NCBI GenBank assembly: GCA_035221665.1
Contig: CM069167.1
Coordinates: 8,494,001 to 8,558,000 of the forward strand
DNA from: Okamejei kenojei
Taxonomy: Eukaryota
Direction: 5' to 3'
DNA length: 64,000 bases
The notes beneath the pieces are model-generated. The model was given only the letters and a program-made list of their open reading frames with translations, was not told where the DNA came from and searched no databases. The position numbers and the translations under genes were made by a program. How positions within the stretch are numbered: the first letter of the stretch is position 1; the number at the start of each line of letters is the position of its first letter. Of the stretch, positions 13,351 through 25,022 are shown piece after piece.

Positions 13351-13991
13351 TCTTGCCTTTCTCATCTTCATGTTGACCAACAACTTACTACCATGGCTAG
13401 CCCTCTGTTTGTTCATAAATATGAGCTTAATTGACTTCTTAAATATATTTGGCTGCCATTACCATAGCGCACAATTAAAACTCATTCTTCTCAAAACAAT
13501 TTATAGCTTTGTTCATGCCACGTCTCTAATCTTGGCCTGGCCCCGTTTTCCACCCATCCCCAGGCTTGGTGTTGATTATGAAAGGGTCTCGGGCATATTT
13601 TTCAACACTTTCTCTGAACCTTTGTACCTTGCTACTCTTCTTCCACCTACAAAATTTGCAACTTTGACTGGTTTACTGTAATATTGTGCTGACTGTGCAA
13701 ACCAGTAACTTGCATCAGTTGATATCTTGTTTGTCCTGGCTTTGCTGATATTCGCAGGGCTACTAAACACTGGCTTCAGTACCTCTCAACTAAGGAATGG
13801 AGAAAACAAATAAGCCATGTATCACACGTGTTACTATGCAGTGATTTTTTTTATTGAGTTGTGCAAATGAATAAATGGATCGTATGAACAACATTGGATT
13901 TGGTGGCTTTCATCCTCTGCAGTAAATAACTTTCAGTACCAGATATCTTATGGGAAGTTGTCTGCTTGGTGAGTCCCATCAACCATTTCTA

Positions 13992-15147
13992 TCTTTACAT
14001 AACTATATATCTTGTGCTCTTCCGGTTTGCGCGGTTTTTCTGTATGCGCAAAAAAGGATATGCGATAACCCTATGATTTTTCATCAGCTCACTCACCGTT
14101 CTCCTCTACTGTGAGTGCACCATTTTGTTCCGATCGGTGGTATATTGTAAAAGTTAGCGAGGTTTAAAAATCGTTAAAACCGCGTGTGCGCAGATCGATC
14201 TCTCCTGCCAGTCAGCGCCGCGCGGATTGGTCTCTTCTCCTGTCTCTCCCCGGGACGGTCCACCCCTTCCTGAGCCATCGCAACTTTACTGGAGCTGAGG
14301 ATGGCCGGCAGTGGTCTCCAACCAGACACCATTTTCGGGGGGACCAGAAGCGGCCCGGGAGATGTCGCCAAACGGAAAGCGGAGAGTCTAACCCCGGCAG
14401 AGGAGAGTGTCCAGCACCTGCTGTGAGTCCCAAACGCACCGCCATCGCAACGCCCCGCAACTCCAGCCCCTTCCCCTCTGGTCCCCCTCGCTGGCTCCTG
14501 CACCCCTCCCCCGTGATACCCCCTCCGCCATAGCTCCTCCCCGTCTTTTCTCCTGGCTCTCCACCTCCACCCCGCCCACACGCCGGCGCTGCCGTACCTG
14601 CTGCTGCTTCCGAGCCGATGCAAGGCCTGACTCTGAGGGCGCCGACGGCTGATGCTCCTCTGGGGCATGCAAGAGGGAAAAGGAGTAGCGTCGAGATCCT
14701 GGGGAGGCAGAGTGGGGGAGAGGAGGGGATAGAGGAAGGGAGTAGGGGCGGTAGAGGAGTTAGGGAGAGAGGGAGTGACTGAGGGTAGGGGAAAGGTGAG
14801 GGAGGGATTGGGGGAGGGTAGGAGGAGAGGGAAAAGAAAGGTGGGGAAGGAGAGTGGGGGAGGAGGTGGAATAGCTGGAGGGGAGGGTTGAGTGGGGAAT
14901 GGAGAGGAGGGCAGTGGGGGGGATAAGGGAGGTGAGGAGTGGGAGAGGTGGGGGATAGAGGGATAGGAGGGAGAGGTGAGGGGGTGATTGGGGGAGGGGA
15001 GGAGGAGAGGTGAAAGAAGAGGAGGGGGAGAGAGTGCTAGGGGAAAATGAGCTGCGTCTGTGCGGTTGGGTGAGTGGTGGAATATTGCATTGGGGGGCCA
15101 AGCCTCCTGTGTGGTGACAGGGACCCAACAGATCCCGCTTGGTCTTG
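13992..15147 (+). mobile_element. Near full-length non-autonomous Helitron-like element
   Basis: Starts A|TC, has a CpG-rich body and purine tract, and ends in hairpin gggacc-caaca-gatccc plus ggtCTTG|T (one change from CTAG). No TSD seen. Confidence 0.65.
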
Positions 15148-15964
15148 TTATATCTCAGCATCTGTTCCCAAGGATGGAAATTATTTTATTCAAATCAAAT
15201 AAATAAACATTGTGGTATTCTGTCAGTAAACAATTTACTAAACTAAAATACTGCACTAAAATACTAAAACACAATGTTGGGTCAAACAATATTTCCGGAT
15301 AGAGTAACAGTTAACATTTCAGATCAATAAACTTACATAAGAAAGGGTCAGGTTTATTTTCTAGGTGCACATCCATCTATCAGTTTGTTTTTCTAAAATG
15401 TAAGAATACTTTCCCAGACATTTGGTATGAATAGGTGCAAGTCTGCAGTTTTTTTTTCTTGTGTTAGTTGTCCTTTCAAGGACAAATTGTTATCTAGCTA
15501 ACCAAAGGTTTATCTGGAAAACTCCAGTGTACTGAATTATAGAATGTGTGATGGTAAAATTGTTTCTAGACTAACAGAATATTACTTCATTTATGATATT
15601 TAACTTCATTATTTTTGTTGTGCAGATTATAATCTGGAGAGTTAAGAACTAATTATTCAGTACTGCTGCTGTAGACATGCCTTCCTTTATTTCACTGTTG
15701 ACTCACTACTTGTGTAAGTGCTAACAGCTTTAAGATGACCAAGGAGCACAATAGTATGGATAAAATAGTTGAAAATGGAATTGATTCTATTTATGATTTT
15801 TGTGCTCACCTGTTCTTCTTAGGTGTGCGCGTATCTTAAGAACAAATAGGTAGGGTGAAAAAGTGATATGTGTTATGTACAAACCCTGTGGATTCTGCGT
15901 TGAAATGAGTTGTCTTAGCCGATTGCTGTATGAGTCTGCCAAATTCTTCAGGGGGTTTGACTTT

Positions 15965-16090
15965 GTGGACCCTCGAGCTGCGTTGTCTTTTCAATAAGAT
16001 TTTGGCTGATCTGATCTTTTCATTTTCCTGCCCAATCCCCATAAGCCTTGATTCCTCAAGTTCTAAAATCTCATCTATTTCCGCTTTATC
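15965..16090 (-). mobile_element. Old CR1 3' tail
   Basis: Reverse complement reads gaatcaaggcttatggggattgggcaggaaaa...gatcagatcagccaaaatcttattgaa. Confidence 0.7.
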
Positions 16091-17049
16091 ATTCTCCAGA
16101 ACACACGGAGGGGCGGGGAGGGGGATCCAGTGTGTGAAATGTGTAGGTTGTAGATGGATGCAAATGGGTGATGAGTGATGGGGTCTGGAGGGATGGTATG
16201 AATAAAAATGGGAGGTCTGGAAGCATATCGAAATGAGGGAGGGGGGAGCCTTTCCCAGTGCCAGGGTGAGGCTCAATGCAAACCAAAGCTCTGATCTCAT
16301 AAACCAATATCTTTTTGCAGTAACTTTTTATGTGGCATCTTCTCAAAATTGGAATGGGGAAAATCTCGAGGACTGAGTGTATAAAGGTTGGAACACAAGA
16401 TGCTCCATCAATCATGGATATCTCAAGACTGACTTCTGAGATACCAAGATAAATTCTTAGTATAATATCCTATGGGGAAAATGGCAATATTCAAGACCAA
16501 CTTTCTGGATTATACAGATTTGCTCATTTCATCTGTGGCATTGGAAAGAAGAATACCCTGATTGTCCTTGAGTGTCTTTTGAGTTCAACATAATTTGCGA
16601 TTTGAGTGCACATCATTGGTGTGGAATTCATTTAACCATAGGTTTAGTCTTTGCCAATCAAAAAGAAACTGCTTTAAGTGTAATCTTGATGTTTAGATTT
16701 TTTCAGCATAGCAAAGGTTAACAAAACATCTTGTTTACTGACCTATACAAGATTGAATCTAGTTTAAATACTCAGTTACACATTTTCCATGAACAGTGAA
16801 ATAATTACTTGTTCATATATCCACAAATTGTATAGTTGTTGAATGGACTACATTGATTGCATGATCAAAATGATTCTGTACATTTAGTGGTAACATGTGG
16901 CATAAACTATATGTGAATTCACTAATACATTCTGATCATTTGGGGTATCCTTGTATTTCATAGATAAACAACAATTAAAGTGCCTTTGGCTGTGCCAATC
17001 AATGATTGATGTAAACGGTGCTGCTAAATATTTGAATATCAAAGAAAGT

Positions 17050-17352
17050 CGGTCACAACATGGAAATGCACCTTTTGGCCCACCAGGTCATGGCCACCAT
17101 CTAGTGCACGCATACACTAATCTTATACTCGTCCTATTTTATACTATTCCCATTCCCATCAACGCCCCCTCAGATTTGCCACTCACCTGCACACCGAGGG
17201 CAATCTACAATGGCCAATTAACCTACCAATTCCCACAACTTTGTAATGTAGGACCAAATCCACACTGTCATTGAGAGAATGTGGAAACTCTATACTGGAG
17301 AGCAGAAGCAAACCTGGGTCACGGGAGCTGCGAGGTAACAGCTCCATGAGCT
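17050..17352 (-). mobile_element. tRNA-headed SINE, decayed
   Basis: gggcaatctacaatggccaattaacctacc...acctgggtcacgggagctgcgagg; reverse-complement relative of 44716-45008. Confidence 0.6.
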
Positions 17353-19559
17353 GAACTCGAGTTCAAGTTCAATGTCAAATGCATGAGATTTTATCATGTG
17401 CCACCCAAAGTATCAAGGAAATAATACAATATTGTGAAAATTGCTTTGGTGATCGCAGTTATGATATGGGAGCGGTTTCATTATAATATGTAGATACTAT
17501 ATTGTTGGTTACCATAACCCCAACCCCCTCCACACAGATCCCAAAACAGTTTTGGTGTGGATAACGGAGAAGAAAATTAGTGGGTTCCTGTCCATTTTCT
17601 AGTGAATCTGTACATTTAACTGGCAGTTACAGCCTCCTGCAGTCAGGTTGAAGCTGATGCAAAATATGATTGTACAAGGGCAGTATTAGAGGATGAGCTG
17701 GGAATATACTGAAATATGTAATTATCCTCAATTGTAGGAGGAAAAGGTATGGGAGATACCTTTGCTATTTTTAACTTCCTTGCAATTTCTTTTACTTGAA
17801 TCTAGAAAATTATATGGGCAGCTGTACCTTGTCTTGAATCTTCCTTTCTCCAAAAGGTTCATCTTTCTACAGGAGTCTGGGACAACTAACTCTGCAATTG
17901 ATGGTAGTTACACATGCAAACTTCCAGAATGATCAGTCAATGCTTAATTTTTAGACATGCATATAATGATGGACACTTGGCAAATTATCTAGAGATTCAT
18001 ACACCTATGCTTCAAGAAGCTGCGCCATAGCAACATTTGAGGAATACATTTAATCAGACAGTACACATGATCCGCATAGTATTTACACTGCAGAGGTTTG
18101 ACAAACCCAGTTAGATATCAGCAGCAAATGACAAAAGATTCTGCTTGAAGGCTTTTTTCTCTTCCCACATATGCTGCCTGGTTGTCTTGAGTGTTTCCAA
18201 CACTATCAATTTTTATTCAAAATATCAGCAATCTCAACTCACCAATCAGAAATAGCATTTTTTAGCGCTCAAACTGCTACATTCTAGTATAGTTGAATAG
18301 GAATGTCAGAAATGATATAATTTTAATATTTTCACAATGATAGAATTCATTGGAATTGTAGCTATATGTTTTGGAAGTATTAACTGTTGTCAAGAACTTA
18401 GCAAACCTACTTTAATGAATCGTCTCACTTTTTTGTTTGAGTTAACAACATTTTGAATACAATTGTTCCTTTTCCATCTAATGTTAATGCCCTAAGTTCA
18501 AATCCAGGTTACTTTCCCCATTAGTGTGTGCAGCTATTTATGTGTGAGATTTTTAATTAAAAACATGGAGGAATTTAGGGTTTAATATCTAAGGTTCAAA
18601 ATAACTTTCATAGTTGGTCTGAAAGTGATAAAAGATAATTCTAAACAATAAAATAAACATAAAGCTACAAATTTAGTCTTTTCAAAGATTACCTGAGCAT
18701 ACTAACATTTTTCCAAGCAGTCATTTTAGAGAGAGATAGTTAACTGTTTGATTTGTGTACAAGGTGCATTTCTGGTGTTAAATAATTTGTTGAATTTTAA
18801 AAAATCCTTGAATAATACTGTGCTAATTGATGTAGTTGAATTAAACAATAGGGACAGGAGCGGGCGAGGTGGTTCAGTGAAATCATGACTCAGATCAATT
18901 CTAATTCATCCAGTTGTCATCTTGTCCCTTAATTAAGGAATGTGATGCAAGGTTTAAATTGTTGGATTTATTGTCCAAAGATCTGGATTAGCAAACCGGA
19001 GATACGAGTTCAACTCCTAACACAAAATGGGGAAGTTGAATCTAATTAATTATGTTCCTTTTTTAAAAAAGACTAGTTTTGTGATGATGAGACAGCTAAA
19101 TTCATGAATTCATCTAATTTCAGCTTGTGATATGCTCTCCAAACTAGGCATAGATCAATAGCAATGTGATTTACTCTTTTAACTGAGATAGCATAGGAAG
19201 ACACTGTTTCAAAAAAAGGTGATGCGTTAAAACAAAAGGAAGAATAAAACCATGCAGAAATCCAGCATTGACCAAGACATCTGTTTGGACATAGCAAAGT
19301 CACTGCTGGGACAGTTGACCTTGTAAGATCCTCCTGACAAATGTCCGGGGACTGAAGTCTAAATTGGGAGAACTGTCCCACAATCTAGTTGAACAAATGT
19401 CTGACACAGTTGTTCCCTTGAAAACATTCCTTAGGTTAACATTTTAAACTCCTCCTTCACAGTTACTGGGCATGTCCCATCCCACCAGCAGGGTAGGCAA
19501 GAAGAGACCCTATGTCTTTGATGCTGACTGACTAATTCAGAATTATTATGGAATGTAGT

Positions 19560-21065
19560 CATACATTGGAAAGGAACCATTGCTGGTTACTGTCTACTGC
19601 CCTAATTGAACTGATGAACAATTTGAAGAGACGTTGCAGATGGTTATGGGGCAGAATGTATTTCACATGAGGAACTTCAACGTCCATTATCAAGAGCAGT
19701 TCACCAGAACTACCACACACCTAGGCAACTAAGTTATGAAAGTACAGAGCAAAGAAAAGTGGGAAAAGTCTGCTTAAACTGATCATCACCCGTTACAGAA
19801 CCATCTGTCCATCATAATAGTGTAGGAGCAGTCACACTATAGTCCTTGATTCAAAAAGCTTGACCTGACCAAGGACATCCTGCATCATGTCATGTAGCAC
19901 TACTGATCATGGTAAATGAGTACTTCAGAATAAATCCAGCAGCTCCATATCAGCCAACCATGAGATACTGTGAGCTGTCAGCAGCAGCACAATTGTATTC
20001 AACTGCAATCTATAATATTTGTGATCAGGTACATCCGCCATTAATATGCATCTTTGGGACCAAGTCTGGTCTAGTAAGGAGTGTAAAAAAGCATGCTGCG
20101 GCACCACGAACTATTTTTAAAAAAAAGCTGTCAACTCTTTAATACTTCAAATTCATAAGAACTGCATGCTAAACAAAAACAGTGATAGATGGACCCAAGT
20201 AATTCCACAATCAAATGACCAGATTAAAAGTCTGCAAGCCACTCAAGTTGTGTAAAGTTAGGGCACAACTAAATTTGTGGTGAGGGAAAGGTTCCACTAT
20301 CATTCGATTCATAGTCATAGAATCATACAGCGTGAAAACAGGCCCTTCAGTCCAACTTGCCCATGCTGACCAAGATGCCCCATCTGAGTACAGAGTGGCA
20401 CAGCTAGTAGAGCACAGGCCCAGCAACCTGGGTTCAATCTGACTTCCAGTGCTTCTGGTAACCGCATGGATATCCTCCTACATCCTGAAGACAGGGGATA
20501 GTAGCTTAATTGGCCACTGATAATTTCCCTTGAATGGTATAATCTAGGAAGCGTTAAATGGAATATGGGGAAATTAAAGTTAATTTAAGAGAAAAATACT
20601 ATAAATGGGTGTTTGGATGCTTGATAAGGATTTCGTCAGCTGACAAACGTGTTTCCCTGATGCTGGGTCCATAACATGCTTCATACTGTTAAGGACAAAG
20701 CTCACTTGATTGTCATCCGATCCACCACCAAGAACATGTAATTCTTCCACCATTGGCAAGCAATGAATGCACTGTATACATCTATAAAGTGCCCTGTAGA
20801 TAATTGCTTGGTGGCACCTCTCAAATTTGGCATTGCTCATAAAGAAGGACAAGGAAGAAGGTTCTCCAACTTCCTCACTGAGTGGCACATCATCCTGAAT
20901 TAAAAATATATCACCATTCGTTTTTTTGCAGTCTCATTTCTGAAACTGTTTATTCAACGATCACCCCAACAGGACAGCAGCAGTTCCAGGATGCAGCATG
21001 TTATTAGGTTCTCAAGGGCTGTCAGAGATAGACAACAAATGTAGGCTTGCCAGTGATGTTCTGCT
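19560..21065 (+). mobile_element. Old CR1/L2-clade LINE remnant with nested SINE (~20310-20660)
   Basis: Endonuclease-like ggaacttcaacgtccattatcaagag (GDFNVH-type motif, decayed). The SINE head is gtggcacagctagtagagc...ctgggttcaatc. Confidence 0.55.
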
Positions 21066-22000
21066 TTCAGTAAAAGAAGGAGGGAATGCTTGGCTATCAA
21101 AAATCCATTCTTGCATTAAAAATAATTAGTTGAAATAGCATCTACCTCATTTGTTGCAATGGCCAGAAAGATGGCCTTATGAACTGGGATGGGAAGACAT
21201 TTTACTCTTGGTTATGATTCTTTAGAATTCTCTGCCTTGGAGACCAGTGGGTGCTTGGTCATTGATCTCAGGCATGTCTATAATCATTATGGATTTATAC
21301 ACTGAAGGAATCAAAGCTCATGAGAATAAGATATAAAGTAGATTTAAGGAGGTAAATCCACATAATCTGATTGAAAGATGGAGCAGGTTTACTAATTGTC
21401 TTACGATACGATACAACTTTATTCATCCCCATTGGGAAATTGGTCTGCCAACAGTCACAACACACAACAAGGTACACAAAAACTTGAAATTAAAATTAAA
21501 ATTAAATTAAAAGTGCGGAAAAAAAGAAAGAAAAGACAAGCTGTCGTGTCACTGCGCCTTAATGGAAACAAATGAACAAACAAACAAAAGCAGAGTTATC
21601 CCCTGGGCAGAGGATTCTAAAACTAGACTGCCCTCCCTCCCCTATCCAAATTTCTATCTTGAGTGACCTGGTTTTGATTATTTTTCTTTGTTGTCCTAGA
21701 CTCTATACTAGTGGACAGAGTTTTTATTTACCCTATCAATCCCTTTCATTTCCAAATACAGCAATCAGATTAACCATTAAGTGTTAGCATTTCAGGGAAT
21801 AGAATATTAATGTAATATCTGATCAGAATCTAACCCCTAAAGCTCTGGTAACATTCTGATGAATCTTATACACATTTAAAAGATCATTGCATTCAAGGTG
21901 TGATGCCCAGAACTAGGCAGACTATCAGTGATTTGGTTGAACCAGGGAATATATAACTGTAGAAAAAGTAACTCAAGTTTATTTTCTAGCCTTTTGTATC

Positions 22001-22141
22001 AGAAACATAGAAAATAGGTGCAGGAGTAGGCCATTCGGACCTTCGAGCCTGCACCGCCATTCAATATGATCATGGCTGATCATCCAACTCGGTATCCTGT
22101 ACCTGCCTTTTCTCCATACCCACTGATCCCTTTAGCCACAA
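22001..22141 (-). mobile_element. Young CR1 3' tail
   Basis: agaaacatagaaaataggtgcaggagtaggccattcgg..., nearly identical to the start of the 58134 copy. Confidence 0.9.
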
Positions 22142-22691
22142 TCCCTTTAGTGATTAGCCTTTCTGATTTATTTTTTTCTTATTCCATATTATTATACTTG
22201 TAATGCATGGGCTCTGAAATCTCTTTGGATTTCCACTGTGCCTTGTTTTTCACTTAAAGAAGAGGAATTTATTGATGCAAAATGAATAACTTGCCTGCAT
22301 TGAAATGCCTCTGCCAGAGTCTTGGCCTCTTCACTAGATCTGTTTATTCCTGTCATTTTATGCTGCCATCTACAACATTTATAATACCTTAAGATTTTGT
22401 GTCATTGCTGACTTGCTCATGCTGCACTTCAGTAAATTATGTAATCAATAAATATAGTTTATTGATATGGTTCCTTGTCGGGTATCATAATTTTCAAAGA
22501 CTATTCGAAACCGACTCAACAAACTCCCATGTTTCAAGACCTAACCAATCTCCTAAACTGCACGGTTGTTGCCCTCATTCATAAACTAACATTCTTATGA
22601 AAAACTTCATGGATAGCCTTTAGGAATGCATATGGACTATGTCCATTGACTATCTCTGGCTATTTGACTGTTTTAGGGGTTTATTTTCCGA

Positions 22692-23542
22692 GTGGTGGCG
22701 CCGTTGAGTGTGGCTGCCTCGCCTGCAACTGTCTGTCCTCTCATCCTTTTTGTTATTTTTAGTCTGTTTTAAAGTTTGTTTTTGGAGGTCTTTAGTCTTT
22801 TTTATGTGGGGGGAGGGGGAGGAGGGGGAAACCGTTTCTCTTAGTCACTTCCTGGTCGAGGATGCGTCTATCCTCCGAGCCGCATCTTCGCCCCCTCCAC
22901 GCGGCCTACAATCTGGATTGGCGCGGCCTGTCCTGCCGGAGTCCGGCCAAAGCTTTGGCTTCAACAGCGGCACAGCACAGGATTCCATCGCGGAGGGAGC
23001 GATGCCTTGCCGGGAATCACTGTGTTGGAGCTCCGGAGTTCTGGGACTGCCGACTTCAACACCATGGAGCTGTGGTCTATGGAGCTTCCAGCCACGGGCG
23101 GCGGGAGCTTCCAGCCACTGGCGGTGCTGACATTTCTAGCCGTTGGCGGCACTGACTTTGACATCGCAGAGTCTGGGATCTCTCGCCGAGGTCGCTAGTG
23201 TTGAATCTCCGCCCAGCTCGGACTGTGGACTTCGGGAGCTGCGGTCTCCGGTAGGAAGCGGCTGATTCGGAGGCTCCGGGCCGCTGAGAGTGTTCTTCCG
23301 TTCGAGGGCCTGAAAACATCAGGCCGCCGTAGAGGCGACTGCGAAGGCCTCAATAGGGTGAACAGAGGAAGAGACTGAACCTTGGTGCCTTCCCACACAA
23401 TGGGAAACGCTGAGTCTGCCGTGGGGGGATGTTTTTTATGTTTTATGTTAAATTCTAAAGTGTGGTGTTTACCTTATTTGTGTGCTGCATGGTAACTCAA
23501 ATTTCACTGCACCATTTGGTGTGTGACCATAAATGTCCTTTG
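22692..23542 (+). mobile_element. CpG-rich non-autonomous retroelement with Rex-like tail
   Basis: GC/CpG-rich body ending gtgtgaccataaatgtcctttg. The segment gtgccttcccacacaatgggaa...gtggggggatgtt recurs at ~41890-41970. Confidence 0.6.
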
Positions 23543-24779
23543 TTTTGCTTAAAAAAAAATGTTTTATTTGACATAACCTCTTGATTTCCATTAATCAAAT
23601 GCTCAATTATTTTTTTTCCTTATGGGTTCTAAAAACCTCCCATGCCAAATGTTGGTCCAAAATAACATGTGCTCACTGTCAATTACGTCTGAAAGTTCCA
23701 ATGAAGCAATTTAAAAGGTTTTATATTTAAATGTACTAAATTAATGAAAAATTATTTGTCTTCAATGTCGCATATTCCTTCGCTCCATGGATGCTGCCTC
23801 ACCCTCTGAGTTTCTCCAGATTTGTTTAATCTACCTTGTCTTCAATGCAGAATCACCTGTGGAAGCAACAGTGGTTAAATGAGTGCACTTTCTCACCTTG
23901 CCTCTTGGTGAGGTGTTACTGGGGGCTGGGATTTTGGAATTCACATGCTAATAAGTATAAGCATCAGAAAGAGAAAGTTGCAAAACCTGCTTCTCTATTT
24001 TGCAGATTCAGAAGTGACATTCAAAGGTGATTAATCAATGGGTCATAAATGTAGAACATGAGCAAAATAAATGTGTTCTTTGTCTTATGAGCAATCAGAA
24101 ATAAACTGCCCTGGGCATCAGCTGTCCCTCACCCCCATCTTCTCCCTGCAACCCCCCACCATATGGATGTGAGAATATTATAATATTTTCCTTTAGAGGC
24201 ACTTCAATGCAATTGTGAGTTTAGATATTGAATCTAAGAATCAGTATTTTTTTTAACCATTTAAAGTCATCCATTGGATGTAAGTGGGCATCAATGAGAT
24301 GCTTTGGAGAGCTGCTCTTTGTCTGAGTACTTTTTAATGAATTAAATTTGGAAATGGTTTGTGATTTCGCCTCAGTAGATTGGTCCACTGAATTGTTTGC
24401 CATCAAACCTTTAAAATGTAAATTGAAGATACCATTTAGATGTCGAAAAAAGGCAAAGTAATCAGATATTCATATTTGTGGGGTGATTTTCAGTGAGCAG
24501 AGCTTTGTCATATGCCTTTGAAGTACTTCAGGTTATAAACCTTTTAACATTTTTGAGAACGGAAAAACTTAGTGCTCCTAAATGAAGAAAGGAAATGTAT
24601 TTGTTTCCATAAGGTTTGTAAGAAGTTAAATCTTAACATATCTGGGCTTGGCATAATACGCGGCTGCGTGGAGAAATGTCGTCTTAATTCACCTCAGGGA
24701 GTGCTGGGAGAGTGCAGACATTGGGCTGGCTTTCCTGCTTTTTCTTTCTGTGAGGATCAGGTATCAGGTTCCGAGACAC

Positions 24780-24995
24780 TGGGGGGTGGGGGTGTGGAAT
24801 GGTTGGTGGGGGTGTGGCTAGTTGTGATTAATAGCCCATGGCATGCAAGGCGGAGCCCGCACGAGCCATCTGGCCAAGATCTGGGAGTTGCTGTGGGGAA
24901 GATAACAGGAGAGGAAAGAGAGGGGCCAATCTGTGCAATCTGTGTCTCAAAGTCAAGCTAAATCAGAAATTGCTCACATTTGATTTGCTTGGTTT
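24780..24995 (+). promoter_or_regulatory. Putative promoter / 5' UTR of the MERKTMVSQ exon
   Basis: Repeat-free, more GC-rich stretch directly upstream of the ATG, with GT-box-like ggggtgggg/ggggtgtgg runs and ggccaatc (CCAAT) near 24925. Confidence 0.5.
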
Positions 24996-25022
24996 ATGGA
25001 GAGAAAGACGATGGTTTCACAG
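24996..25022 (+). CDS. RBFOX2: RBFOX2 short first coding exon (MERKTMVSQ)
   Basis: ATG GAG AGA AAG ACG ATG GTT TCA CAG|gtatac gives 9 codons, phase 0. It resembles the mammalian RBFOX2 N-terminus MEKKKMVTQ (from memory) and joins in frame to GSQEP at 51416. Confidence 0.88.

Noticed and set aside
14174-14672. GC-rich ORFs and apparent CpG-island promoter of the gene
   Set aside because: It lies inside the Helitron-like element, with no recognisable domain or RBFOX2 long N-terminus.
15836-16300. Minus-strand ORF with a charged, coiled-coil-looking segment
   Set aside because: That segment is the reading of a decayed CR1 3' tail.
18975-19025. tRNA-like B-box (gagttcaactcc)
   Set aside because: No cloverleaf can be formed; probably a SINE head remnant.
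22708-23398. Overlapping GC-rich ORFs
   Set aside because: Interior of a repeat with a related fragment at ~41890; no splice structure or domain.
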